A stretch of DNA of 64,000 nt from Piedraia hortae CBS 480.64. Its lineage: Eukaryota. A program made the position numbers and the translations under genes. Shown here in pieces: positions 45,709 to 58,074 of the stretch. Each line of letters starts with the position of its first letter. The first letter of the stretch is position 1. The notes below the pieces were generated by a model, which made no database searches, was not told where the DNA came from, and saw only the letters and a list, made by a program, of their open reading frames with translations. Where the stretch lies: the NCBI GenBank assembly GCA_010093745.1, contig MU005959.1, positions 114,270-178,269 of the forward strand. Direction: 5' to 3'.

Positions 45709-46737
45709 ATGCTCCCTACCCCTCCGCCTTCTCCCATCAACGAACCTGCTTCCTCACTTGGCCTCGTCCTTGCCAATCGCTTTCAGTTGACTGAGGTACT
45801 TGGGGTTGGTGCATATGGCACAGTGTACCGGGCTCATGACATCCGCTCAGGCGCACGCTACGCCGTAAAGGCACTGCCCAAGTCGGATGATCCCCGACAT
45901 CACAAGTTTCTACAGCGGGAATTGGCTCTACACCATGCAGCAAGCTCACATCCTCACGTTGCCTCGCTTCTGCACGTTGTCGACAGTCCAGACACCATCT
46001 ATGCTGTGGTTGAATACTGTGATGGAGGCGACCTCTTCACCCAAATCACCAGTCACGGGAAGTACGTTGGTGACGATGCACGTGCTCGCAACATCTTCCT
46101 TCAGATCTTAGATGCTGTTGCTCACTGCCATTCTCGGGGCATTTACCATCGCGATCTCAAACCAGAAAATATCCTCGTTTGCGAGGAGGGCTGGATAGTC
46201 AAACTGGCCGACTTTGGGCTTGCAACGCAGGACAATGTCACCAGCGATTTTGGTTGCGGTTCTACCTTTTACATGTCTCCCGAGTGCCAACAGACTAACC
46301 CTCCACCGAACTCTGCCTACGCATCAGCGCCAAATGATGTTTGGGCTCTTGGCGTAATTCTGGTCAATCTAACCTGCGGACGAAACCCATGGAAACGAGC
46401 ATCACCAACCGACAGTACCTTTCGCGAGTTCATGCGGGACCCCAACTTCCTCTCTACCATTCTACCTATCTCTAAGGAACTCAACTACATTCTCAAACTC
46501 ATTTTCGATTTGAACCCAAGCCGGCGCATCGGTCTCGCGGAACTTCGCAGCCTAGTTGCTCGCACACCTCATCTCACTCGGCCCGCGACTCCGCCAACAC
46601 CTTCCTACTCACCAGTTCAGCCGCCCATGGTAAAGCCTGGGCCGTTGGACGTCTCCTCGTCATGGATTCGATGCCGGCCAGCCTTTGCCAAGTGGCCCGC
46701 CTCTGGCCATGGTTGGGCCCATGTGCCCGCATTTTGA
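45709..46737 (+). CDS. Ran1/Pat1-like Ser/Thr kinase
   Basis: MLPTPPPSP start, GVGAYG, YHRDLKPEN, DFG, CGSTFYMSPE, NDVWALG, CGRNPW. Confidence 0.92.
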   Translation: MLPTPPPSPINEPASSLGLVLANRFQLTEVLGVGAYGTVYRAHDIRSGARYAVKALPKSDDPRHHKFLQRELALHHAASSHPHVASLLHVVDSPDTIYAVVEYCDGGDLFTQITSHGKYVGDDARARNIFLQILDAVAHCHSRGIYHRDLKPENILVCEEGWIVKLADFGLATQDNVTSDFGCGSTFYMSPECQQTNPPPNSAYASAPNDVWALGVILVNLTCGRNPWKRASPTDSTFREFMRDPNFLSTILPISKELNYILKLIFDLNPSRRIGLAELRSLVARTPHLTRPATPPTPSYSPVQPPMVKPGPLDVSSSWIRCRPAFAKWPASGHGWAHVPAF

Positions 46738-48646
46738 CCAAGTTTTTTATTCACGCGGTATGACTTATTGGGAATTAGATTGTTATGAAACAGGCACGCG
46801 ACGGAAGATACCCCCTGGGAGGCTACGGAATTGTTCATTGTGTTTGACAGCGTTCGTATTTTGGTCTTTCTTTCCAATTCGACTGGAAAGCCTTTTTGGT
46901 CTCTGGCCCATAATAATTGGATCCCCCTCCATGGTCTGAGAATTGTCGCAAGGTTCGACGGCACACTAAGTTCCCCGGTGTAAATTAAACAAGCGTTGCC
47001 CGTTGAGTCGGTAATGCAGGTCGATTGATTAACTCGACAACCAACCACGAGGGGATCCCGGTTTTACTTGACTCAGTCATCACATGTACATTGACAGCTG
47101 TTCACACATCCATTCTCCTCTTCCGATAGGTTCCATAGCAGCGGCAGAAACTTGCATGCTTGTCGCATGTTGCATGTTACACACCAATGAGATTCAATCA
47201 ATAATGCGTGGGCTGACTGTCTTACTGCTGTTTATGTACGACCCATACGCAGTGAACACATAAACTGTTGCCATATACACTCCCGTTGATGAGTGGCGTT
47301 AAGCCTTCCGGCTGAACAGGGTAATTCAACACACGTTTTGTTTTGTTTCTTCGTCTCCACCAACTGGTTCGTTGTTCAACCGCTGAATTTTGGGTGTGGC
47401 AATCTAATTAAATTCCCGTTTTCTTCCAACGACCGTGCAAGCAACAAGGTTCGATGGACCCCTCCCATTCTCCGCCGTTCTAGATGATTTGCTTTAACCT
47501 CCCCCGAAGCGCGCGCTTCATGATACCCGGCAGGAGACAGGCGCTTCCCCGCGTTCAAAGGGCGATTTTTGATTGCCGGTATTATGGATCAGGATAATAA
47601 TTATCGTGTCCGTCTCCACCTTTCTGAGCCATGTTTCGGCTCTAACCCCAGGGAGTCTGTTTAATTTTTTTTTTTTTCTCAGCCAGCAGCAGGCTGTAAA
47701 ATGCACCACTTGTCACGCCATTCAACAAATGGATGGCCAAGCAGTAAGCAAAGCATCATAACTATTACTTGTGGCGCTGCGCCATGGGTTACGTGTCACA
47801 GCATAATAACGTGCGTCGGACAAACGACAGCGCGTTCCCTAGCCTTGCCAGTTGCCGCTGGTGATGTGGCTAGTGGCTTGTCGGCTTGGTCACCGCGTGG
47901 CAAGGCTTTTTCCCCACCCCCTGTAGTGTCGTGCGACTCTCCCGCGCAACTGAAAAGTAAAGTTTGGAGCGGTCCTCTTCCGCCACGGTGGCGCTGCCGA
48001 TAACCGATCGTCTGGCTGGCTCCCGAAACGCCAGGCTCGGTCCTTTCTAACCAGTCAAAGGCCAACGTCGACTTGTGACTTTACTTTCTGCGCCATGCTA
48101 TCCGTATTGAAAACGTTCAGGAGGACCGTTGGGGGAGGCGTATGAATTTGTTTTAGTTTGGAAATTAGGAAAGCCAACCCTCTCCTGCAGCCTCGTGTTC
48201 CTTCGATGTGATTGTTGATTTGGCGGTGGCAGATGTATTCAGCCTGATCGACACGTGGATCTGATAGTCATACATGATGATCGATTGTAGGATGCAGCCT
48301 TACATTGTCATGTGGATCGTTATCTTTTACCTCTTGTCTGATCCTTTTGTCAAGATCTTTGCGAGAATCGTCAATTCACAGTGAATTCATGTACAGTGGG
48401 GATCCTGCAGGTCAATACCTCATGAGCAGTTTTCGCGGGAAATATGCAATCCACTTCAATGGCCCCATGGCTGCACGAGGGGCGAAAGAAGAAATGAAAG
48501 CCAAATGCAATAAGTAGACCAGAACAGGAGGTAGTTATGCAGACACCGGTCTAAGTGACTGCGAGATTCAGTTCAATCTCGAAAATGGAAATCGCAAGAT
48601 GATCCGGAAGAACATCCTTTAAAGCTTCATTGCGTATGTACAGGTA

Positions 48647-50698
48647 TCAAACTGCCCGCCTTGGCACTCCTATAGTCTGCATAGCGATGAACCCCTTCCT
48701 GCCATTCATCTCGCTAGTATGAGGGCTCTCGGGGCTTACAAAAGGATGATGCAGTGCATCATTCGGCTGTATTCTCCGAAGCGGGTCCAGCTGAAGACAC
48801 TTTTCGAGAAGATCCACAAATGCAATATGGTCTCTCATATCTCGTGGACTCAAGCCTTTCGCATTGCCTTCGAGACGAGCCTTCAGCCCCTTGCCTGCAG
48901 CGGTTTTGTCGAAATACACCGGCCGAGGTACGAGGTTGCCTGTTATGCGATCCCTTTCTTGGGCGTAAAATTGACCGTCTATGTCAAAATATCGATCTGC
49001 CAGAGTCGAACGTTTGAGCATGCGCATGGGAATCTTGCCACGGCATTCCTGCATCACACGCAACATCTGGTTGTTATCAGCGCCCGTGAAGAGGATGCGG
49101 CCCGTGTACAGCTCGTATAGGGTGCAGCCCACAGACCACATGTCCAGCGCGTGATTCAATGGCATGCCGAGTATAACCTCTGGCGCGCGATAGAAGCGAG
49201 ATACTAGGTAGGGCGTTACCTCGGCGTCGTCTGAAAACGTTGCCGTGCCCAAATCGCAAACTTTGAGTAGGTCGCGTTTCTCACTCACCAACAGGTTATC
49301 GGGCTTCAGGTCGGCATGCAGAATCTTGCACTTTTGCAAATGTTCAAGGGCCTTGAACGTTTGCTGTGCATACACGCGAATCGCATTGAGGTTTAGCCCT
49401 ACGTTGCGGCCGAATTTCTTCAATACCTCCCGCAAATCGGCGCTCAACGCTTCGAACACAATACACAAATGTCCCTTGTGCTGGAAACGTCGCAGTAGCC
49501 TAATTATGTGTTTCTTGTCTTCGGGGTCCTTCTCGTTTAGAAGCCGCAGAAAGTCCATTTCCTTTTGACCCGCCTTGAACATCGTGTCGTTATTCGCCGC
49601 AATCTTGATGGCTACCTCCTGGTCCGTTTCCTCGTCCAGCGCCCGTACCACCGTGGCGAATGTGCCCTTTCCAACCTGTTGCTGTACAACGTACCTACCA
49701 TCTAACCGCTCTTTCTGGATGATGCGCAGATGGCCGTCCGGATAGTCCCAGTTGTCAATGAGGCTCTGGTCCAACGTCTTGCCAACAACGCGCGCAGCAG
49801 GAGTTGCGGCAAACATGTCATCATCGTCATCCTCGGCAAACATGTCGAAATCCTTGGCTGGTTGATGCTCTTGCTTATCCGTGTTAGTGGGCCGGCGATC
49901 CTCTTGCATATCCATATTGGGGTTGTAATCAGCGGCAGACGGTCCATCATCAACGGATTGCTCCGGCTGACGTCGGTTAGCTAGCTCCTCGTCATCATTC
50001 ACTGTAAATGCTGGAGTCACTACGAGCGAACGGGGAGTAGTTACGGAAGGCGGAGCGCTGTCTTGCGGCGTGACCGGTGACAGGATGCTGCCAGCAATCG
50101 TCTGAACAAGCAGTGGCTGTCCACTGAGCTTGGCAGCAAGCTCTTCACGACGCTTTCGACGTAGCTGAATCTCCTCCTCTTCTGAAAGCTTTGGCGTTGC
50201 GTCTTCAGTCTCATGCTCGTCTGCCTGGTCAGTGGTCGGCTCTGGAGGTTTTGAAGCGTCTTTTGGCTCCGCGGCTTCTGGATTTTCTGCGGCCTTTGCA
50301 GTCTTGCTAAGGTCTGAGGGTTCAGGCTGGCGGCCATGTCGAAACGGAGAACGGCTACGGTCACGGTCTCTGACCCTTCCTGCGGGGTCATCTTCGTAGC
50401 GAGATCGAAACCGGCGTGCGTCTGGGGCATCCTTTGCCGGATAGTGGTCGTCCTCGCGCCTCCTCTTCACCGCCCTATCGGCTCTAAAGGGAGAGCGCGA
50501 GCGCGAGCGACTGTAGGCTCTACTAACGGTGCCGTCGCGGGGAAGCCGCCCGGTCGAGTAAAGCGGGGCATAAGATGAAAAGCCATAATGGCGTCTGGTG
50601 GACGAGTTAACTCTACCGTCTCTTGCGCGCATAGTGTGCCTAATTGCCTTCTCCTCGGCTCCGCTGAGCGTCATTCCCTTGTGGCCGACGTTCGCCAA
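48647..50698 (-). CDS. PRP4: Prp4 splicing kinase (CMGC); start uncertain (ATG 50674 or an upstream exon)
   Basis: RS-rich N-terminus, DNWD..DG, LREVLKKFGRNVGLNL, HADLKPDN, CDLG, TPYLVSRFYRAPE. Confidence 0.92.
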   Translation of the reverse strand: MANVGHKGMTLSGAEEKAIRHTMRARDGRVNSSTRRHYGFSSYAPLYSTGRLPRDGTVSRAYSRSRSRSPFRADRAVKRRREDDHYPAKDAPDARRFRSRYEDDPAGRVRDRDRSRSPFRHGRQPEPSDLSKTAKAAENPEAAEPKDASKPPEPTTDQADEHETEDATPKLSEEEEIQLRRKRREELAAKLSGQPLLVQTIAGSILSPVTPQDSAPPSVTTPRSLVVTPAFTVNDDEELANRRQPEQSVDDGPSAADYNPNMDMQEDRRPTNTDKQEHQPAKDFDMFAEDDDDDMFAATPAARVVGKTLDQSLIDNWDYPDGHLRIIQKERLDGRYVVQQQVGKGTFATVVRALDEETDQEVAIKIAANNDTMFKAGQKEMDFLRLLNEKDPEDKKHIIRLLRRFQHKGHLCIVFEALSADLREVLKKFGRNVGLNLNAIRVYAQQTFKALEHLQKCKILHADLKPDNLLVSEKRDLLKVCDLGTATFSDDAEVTPYLVSRFYRAPEVILGMPLNHALDMWSVGCTLYELYTGRILFTGADNNQMLRVMQECRGKIPMRMLKRSTLADRYFDIDGQFYAQERDRITGNLVPRPVYFDKTAAGKGLKARLEGNAKGLSPRDMRDHIAFVDLLEKCLQLDPLRRIQPNDALHHPFVSPESPHTSEMNGRKGFIAMQTIGVPRRAV

Positions 50699-51701
50699 AG
50701 AGTCTGTGAGAGAAGTTCACGGTGCGTTAGCAAACGGTTCTGTAGCGCTCCAACTGCCTTTTACTTTGGCGGAAACTCTCACAAGACTTGATTACGACCG
50801 GCGGGAGGCGGCGTTGGTGATAAATTGTTGTTGGGAGTGAGTTTGTCGTTGATCTGTCACGAATGTGCTAGTCCCGATTTGGCATCTGCCACTCCTCTTC
50901 CCCACATGCCAGACGAATCCCTTCCCTTCGCGCGAATAACCAATATACCATGGCAAACTGAACTCTCGAACGTAATGGGGTCTGCCGCGCCAGAGTTGGG
51001 GTCCCCTTACACTCCTCCAACAACTCTGCGTATGTTTTGCAGGGACAGAAGGTCAAGAACTCCTACGCCCGTCTTCGCATCAAGAGAAGCGTGCTACTTG
51101 GCCCCAAAAGCCAGTTTCCGGACTTTTTGTATGTTACGGGATTGGGCAGGACGTCTGTGTCTGGCTGCAAACCTTTAAGTTGCGACCCCGAAGTGGAACC
51201 AAAGTGTATCCGCATGAACGTACCTCTGGATCATCAGATTGTCTGTTCCGTCTTCTCCGAGTGTCGTAACAATTTCCCGTCTAAAGACTTGTTCCTTTAA
51301 CGATTGTATCCAACCTCTTGGAATTTTCTCGCAAAACCTCCTTGGCACAAGCAATTTTGATATTTCTAAGTAAGCTAACTTCTCCCCCATAAGATTGGTG
51401 CCTTGCTGTCTGCCTGGAGAATCCCTTCTGCCATCTCTCGCGCATGCATGAGCAGGGACGGACCATAGTTTGGTGATTCAGTCTGCAAGATTACGCTCCT
51501 GTTCCGCTCTGTACCACTCCTGTAATTGGAAAAAGCACCCTTCAAGTGGGTTTATCTGTATACTAATGTATCTTCTGACGACTACATAAGAGATGGCACT
51601 TCTGCACCCCAGCAAGGTGTGCTGCTCACGCAGCCGCTGCTTACCTGTCTCAGGTTGCCTTAAACCGTTCCAAATGCCTGCATGATGAGCTGAGATGTGT
51701 C

Positions 51702-52211
51702 CTAATCCAACGGACACTCGTCAAACTGTACGAATAATGACTCTTGCTCTATACTGGCTCCCACGAAATCAGGTCTCTCGTGGTCGACGACATGAATGCC
51801 TTTTTGGGGGGCTCTAAATGAGTACCCAAATCTGTGCAGCCAAATACAGGCCGCTCCGATGCTTATCGTTTGGTCCTCTTGTTCAGCCTCCAACAGCGCC
51901 TCCTCCACACGAACCACGGTGTCAGTGCTATTGAGGTAATTCCCTATGGCCTGTGTCAGTCCATGTGCTGTTAGTTTGTCACTCTTCTCGCCGTTGTGCT
52001 CTCGAATCATCGGCTTATTATCCTTATCCTTGAGGAGAGACGACACCTGGGAATGCGCGCCCTGGCGGTCAATGGGAGATTTCTCTTCCTGTAAACCAGC
52101 CGTCAGCCCAACTTTGCAAAGACGCTGCAAAGGAGCTCCGGCGATTATAATGCATCGCAACCTGCATTGACAGTTCGATACGGCCACGCTTTGGGGCTCT
52201 AAGCTGCGCAT
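51702..52211 (-). mobile_element. degenerate IS630/Tc1-like DNA transposase fragment
   Basis: TISIGAACIWLHRFGY...KGIHVVDHERPD resembles the HTH-linker motif (TA.RWL..LG....KGVY.DGHER.DVV) I recall from fungal DDE_3-type transposases; flanking frames broken. Confidence 0.55.
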
Positions 52212-52499
52212 TCAGGAAGACCAATACCGCGAAGTGCCTGCGCTTCGTTTGCGAATTCAGGCCTTTAAACGCCACAGAAATCCTCGTTATATACAATAAT
52301 AAATCAGTTTGAAGTGCTATTTGGGTCCCCCAAGAGTCCACGAGCACTACTCTCGTTATGTATCAGCACTGATTTTCAGGTCCATAATCCCACAAGAACA
52401 CTTACCACCAGCGCCCCTCGTGCTCCCCTAGGCGTCATCTTCGTACATTTCAAAGTACAGCATACGACGTATGGTCCCCTAGAAATCCTGGATTATCGT

Positions 52500-53600
52500 T
52501 AGCAAGGACCTTGGTAGCTGGAGTTTTGACTTGCCATCCCTACGGTTTCGTGCGCTCTGTTATCGTTGAGTTTCTTCATTTCCATCAGAATTTCGGCCTG
52601 CTGCTGACGCAGGCCGGTGATCTCCAGCAGACACGGTGCCAAAGTCGGTTGGGCATTCTGCGACCTGAGCCCGACCGGTAAGGAAATCCGCCCCAGGCTG
52701 CGCAAACTCTCTGCTGACCATTGTCAATGCCGTTTAGGGCTCGTTGCCAGTCAGCATCTAGCTGTCCGTTGCTGCCATGTAAACTGCGTACTGGAAGATC
52801 ATCTCGCACATACGCTGGGAACGAATTTGTGCCGTTGTACTTGTTTTTGAGATTGATACCACCGAGCGATTGGAGAGTGTACGTGTTACCTTCATGGCAA
52901 GACCTAGCCAGGCCGAGTGCCTGGGGTTTAGGGTAGCTCTGCCGTTTCCTGTTGATGCAGCCTGTATGATGCTTGCCGCGTAGTCGGCGCGGCTAATGGC
53001 GGTGGTGTGAGCAATCTCGTGTGCGTTTTCGACCTCTCTAAAAGCTTGCCGAAGTGCATCCAGAGCCGGGATGCCGTCTCCCACTTGCTTAGGGTCTCTT
53101 CTAGGGTCTCGTCCAGTGTCGTCAAGTTCTCTGGGAGACGCCTGACATGTTGCGTGGAAAAGGCCGCCAGCTGGGACAACCAGAGCTGCTTCAGCAGCAG
53201 AGAGAGGAATTGTTCGGCGTCCGCTGGGGTCACAACAGGCAAGGAGAAGGCGAGATCCAAACGGATTGCGGCGGCTCAGGCGTCTGCAACGAAGTTGCTG
53301 TAATGATAGCGCAGCTCATGGACGTGCGGAAGCTGGACGCTTCCGTTCTCGTCGGTGGGCCAGCGTGAAAGACGGATGATGAGTGCCTCCGCCCCAAAGT
53401 CCAGTACCGAAGGACTGACCCAAGGCCAGGTGCCCTGCTGAAGGACCGCAATAGTACCGAGGGGACGAAGGAAGCGGGCAGGCAGGCGTCTGGGATGGCC
53501 CGTAAAGATGTAGCCGTCGAGTCGGTCGAACAGGGCAGTATCTCGGAGAGGGCGGGTTTCAGGCCGAGGGAGCCACCACGGACAAACCGACACTCCATCT
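52500..53600 (-). pseudogene. interrupted ORF of unknown origin (in-frame TGA at 53276-53278 and later frameshifts)
   Basis: ORFs 53276..53593 and 52928..53260 are in the same frame across one stop, then hand over to 52758..53084; GC-rich, coding-like. Confidence 0.4.
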
Positions 53601-53930
53601 TCCCCAGAGCGAGGTCAAAGACCCGGGAGAAGGTTGCGAGAATATCTATGTATCCCGCCGGCTTGAAACCGCGGAGACATGGACAAAATCGCCCCCGAGC
53701 TCAGAAAGAACAATAGGAGGTGTAGGAGTAGCAGGGCGGCGGAAGAGAAAGAGCGGTTGCCGGGGGTGAGGCTGACGACCTTGGCAGTCACCACCTGCTC
53801 CATCATTGCGCAGGTTCAACATTTGCATGTTCTTCATTATGTGAACATGCATTTCACGTAGTCGTCACAGTTTGCCTGTGGGTGTGCTTGTGAGGTATCG
53901 CGCAACTCCAGGATTATTCCTTGTTTTATT

Positions 53931-54280
53931 TGTTGGAAGATAGTTGTTGCGTAGCGTAATCGTTCTGAAGATTAAGTTTTTACAAAGTTGTATTTTCTGA
54001 TGTTCAGTAGCGAGCTTATATACAAGTAGCTTCTCTGTTCAGACAGTCTCAAATATCATTCCATTGCCCAACTGTCCTCTTTATTATGCTCTTTGAGCAT
54101 TTTGCTATACATGTCAGGGTACGTGTTGGAACTATGTTGTCGCGCGAGGAGATGACTCTAGGCGCGCTACCTCTACTACGGAGATCACGGACCCTGTCGG
54201 CATTAGCCGTGACAATACAGGATTTTTCTTTGTATAGTCTTTGTTATCAGGCCGAGGTATGGCACTGATACTTTTCAACA
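53931..54280. mobile_element. probable solo LTR (350 bp, TGTTG...CAACA ends)
   Basis: TGTTGGAAGA / CTTTTCAACA inverted ends; TATATAAG on the minus strand at ~54016-54023; AT-rich; flanks TTATT/GCATT match only 3 of 5. Confidence 0.5.
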
Positions 54281-57044
54281 GCATTATTGACGTTCGTGCA
54301 ATGGAAAGAAGGAGTCTTCAGCGAATCCTCTGCACAGAAGGAGATGACACGAGGACCAATTTAATGTCCTCCCCCTTCAGGATCTTGCATCCAGATCCCC
54401 ATTTGATTTTCTTCGACATTGTTCCTGGAGTGGTACTGGCTTCGATCCTATCAATTGGCGAACGACCAGTTGGGGGCATTTTGATAGGTTGTTCATCGTC
54501 TTCCCTATCGGTGGAAGACACTGAGACGCATGTGCATCGAAACGACCGTTCGATGATCTGACATACTTTTCCCTCTTGGAATTCTTTGGTTGCCCGGCTG
54601 GCAACCTGAATAAGTTTGGTGTACTCCATTGAGGTGGCAGATCTGATACCCCTGACGTATATTCTTCCTGCGTGTAGGAGCTGTAAGACTTGTACGGGTT
54701 GTTGAAACTTCCATCCAGTGGCTGGCAACTAGGTGTACAGCTGGTCAAGTTGAACTCTCCGTTTTATGGAAGCTTGCATGATCCCACACCATTAGACATT
54801 CTTCCCCATCGGGTCCCACCTTCGGTTGCATATCCTTGTGTAGTTGCTAGCCCATTAGGTAACTAATACAAGTCATCTTTTAGCGTGCAGGGCTGCCGAC
54901 AGTTGTCGGTGTACTTTTCCCAACGTTGCTTGCACCATGGAAGATCAAGAATGCCTTGGCACCATCTTCGTTCGCCCTTATTGGATGCAAAAACCAAACC
55001 AAATATCACTGCAACAATCTGGGCGAGCACTCTGATAATTCCATAATCCCCGCTGGACGTGCGTAAGAGATAGCTCAAAAACTTTTGAATAGATGAGTAA
55101 CTCCTTCCAGACCTCAACGAGTGACTGACTTGGGTCACAGGGCCAGTGAGATTGCGCTAGACTTGAAGAGCATGCAATCGGTGATACCACTGGGCTTTCT
55201 CTCATGCGATGCCTGAGACATCAAATGTGTGTGCGAGATAAGATCGCGAAAATTGAGTTTCCCTCTGTGGACCCACTACTGTTCAGGCCGCACTCGCGAA
55301 ACTCATACGCTAGCTTGACCTCATTGCAGGGGAAAACTCTTCTTTGAAATAGAAACCTCCTTCAACTTGCACGGCTGTCATGAGCCTTGCAGACTTCGAG
55401 GCATCGGGCATCGACTATATAACCGGGCCCATCCAGAGCTCATCGTGCTCCTCGTCAGGGTCTCGCACCCCTTAGATCACAGCTGACTTTTAAGATGGTT
55501 CAGCCGCCTCTCTTTCGCGCGCATGGTACGATATACAGAGAGGATGCAGGGAAGAGGCGGATAAATCGGTCTTGAAGTGCGATGGCTTGAGCCAAGACGC
55601 TAGCTTACCCTAAAGAATGCGCACTGAAAAACTCAGCGAGTTTTTTCAACGCATCATTAATCCTCAGCACCAGAACATTTTTGCTGGGAAGAATTTTCAT
55701 CTAGGCATGTGCAGCAAATTTAGGAGGATGAATGGATGCGCACGGATTTCCAAGAAGTGCTGAAAAAGCTCGATGCTCTTGGCTCTCAATACTGCAGAAG
55801 GAGATCTCATCATCTGAAGGGCAGCACTGCTGAAGCAGGGTTCGGACCCTGGTAAACCAGCTAAGCAATTTCCTGCCATAATGACACGACTGTCGGGGGC
55901 AGACGAGAGAATTGCTATGGTCACAGATGACACGACGTACGAGCCAATCCGCGAGAAGAAATTCCCATATCCTGCTCCGCTAGGGGTGTGGGAACATATG
56001 AACGAAGTATCTAACTCGAAAAGATTGAAAAAAGGTCAAGTCGTCACACGACGGAAAGACTATTTATGACGCAGAGCAAGAATGCCCCTCAATTAACCTG
56101 CGGCATATCATGAGCAAGGACAGCCATACCGAGCATCGGTGGAAGTAGTCGGTCGCCACCGATGCTCAGCTGCTCGCACAACCAGTGGGGCAACACAACA
56201 ATGGCGTTATTACGTCCAGTCTGGACGTGGCCAATGGGCAGCCTGTCTTTCCCTCCAACATCGACCAGCCAACCTCCGTCCTTATAAGAGGACAGGGCCC
56301 ACCTGATGGAAGGTTAGCACAATTGACGAAGGAGAATGGAACTTCATGAACTCCGACCTATGGGATGTACTGGTAGGAGACGAACGATGAACATTTTGCG
56401 ACAATGCTTGTCAGCACGGCGCGGGAGTGTATGTCGAATAGCCGGAAGGCTACAGATATGGTGATCTTGTATGCAAACCGAATCAGGCCCTATACGGCCT
56501 CTAGTAGTCACCACACCTAGGGTACCACGAGTTGTCCAAATTCCTGCACACGATGGGTTTTACTTCTCCGATATGGGTACCTGGACAGTAAAATCCCAAC
56601 TCCGAACGTCCCTGTGCGCCGGGCCCAAATTCGTCCACTTACTTAGGTGGCAGCGGACTTCATCCTCCCTTTGTACCGGATTCGCACCTGCATCAAGAGG
56701 GAAACCTCTTTGATGTGGAGAACGGATTCGAGCCCATCAATGGGCTCGATGACAGTGAAGGCGTTAAGAGCGAGGGGGGAAGATGTCCAAGTATTCGTAC
56801 CGATAATGGCTGCAGGATTGTCCAAATCAACCGATTCCACTGATGCCGTGGACTACCAGCCTTTGGGCGGGGATATCACGCATCTGCCTGACAACCTGCT
56901 GGAAATACTTCGTGGTCCGTCATCAATGGACGGCGTATACCCACGCGCGAAGAGGAAGGCGAACGCGCCCTAGCTATCTTGGTCGATGTCGTGCACCCAG
57001 ACCTGATGATGATCGTCGTCAATGACAAGTCTGCGTATCTGGTT

Positions 57045-57800
57045 GGCACTCTTCCAGCCGACTTCGCTTCGACATGCCCATCGTTTTCTTCGATCTTTCT
57101 TTACGCGAGCTGTCCTGGAGACTTTGGCCGCGTGGACTACAATCTACGCTCACTCTCGCGGTGCCGGTGCCCTCAGGAATCAACCCTGGACAGACGTTAC
57201 TGCTGCAGAGCTGAAGGTCTGGCTGGCTATGGTGATTTACATGTCGGTCTTTCGCCAGAATCGGTCGGACAGACGAGTTCTGGACGCGCAACGGCCTCAT
57301 ATCACTGCATCGAATTACGAAATGTATGAGCAATCACCGATTCATGCAAATAAAACGATTCCTGCATTGCTCCCCAGACACAACACCAAATCTACCCAGG
57401 AACGGGTTTTACGAGAAGCTACAGCCAATAGCGTGGATGCTTCTGAAGGAGTTTCAGAGAGAATTGACACCGGCAAACGAGGTATCCATCGATGGATGTA
57501 TGGCTTTGTTTGCGGGTTTTTCATCCAATAAGGTCATGATCCGAGGGGAATAAGTAACATTTGGGTTTTATGTTCCCGTACTCTGTAATGCAAGCTATCT
57601 ATATTTGTGTTCGAAACTTCAAGGATGATCTCACGCACAATATATTGGAGGCAGCTTACGGCAGGGAGTGCAATCCACCGCCTTCGATTATGTCGTAGCT
57701 AGGCAAGAGATTGCACGGTCTTCTCTCGAATTTTCAAATGCTTCATTTCGTGTTTTTCCAGATGTACTGTGACAACCTGCTCAGCAATGCCAACGTCTGT
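57045..57800 (+). mobile_element. degenerate piggyBac-like (DDE_Tnp_1_7) transposase
   Basis: FFTRAVLETLAAWTTIYA, WTDVTAAELKVWLAMVIYM, MSNHRFMQIKRFLH, EVSIDGCM..F.G, later MYCDNLLS; stops and frameshifts. Confidence 0.8.
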
Positions 57801-58074
57801 GATTGAATCGATGAACAACAGGCTACAGAAGGAGTTCTGAATTCAGAAATTCCTAACATGTCCTCGATGGGGTTTAAACAATAGGTCATTGCACATTTAG
57901 TGACAGCTGCACGATCGAGACTGTCATGCCGGGTGACGGAACGTTCCGATCAACAAGCCACACCACCACGAACGACGCGCCACACATGCCCCACCACCAC
58001 GACGGACACTGATAAGGAAATAGGAAAATATATCAACCGCATCCCCTCTCCTCCCACACCAACATCCATCCACA

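Noticed and set aside
56091..57880. TTAA sites as piggyBac ends
   Set aside because: No matching terminal inverted repeats next to the TTAA motifs
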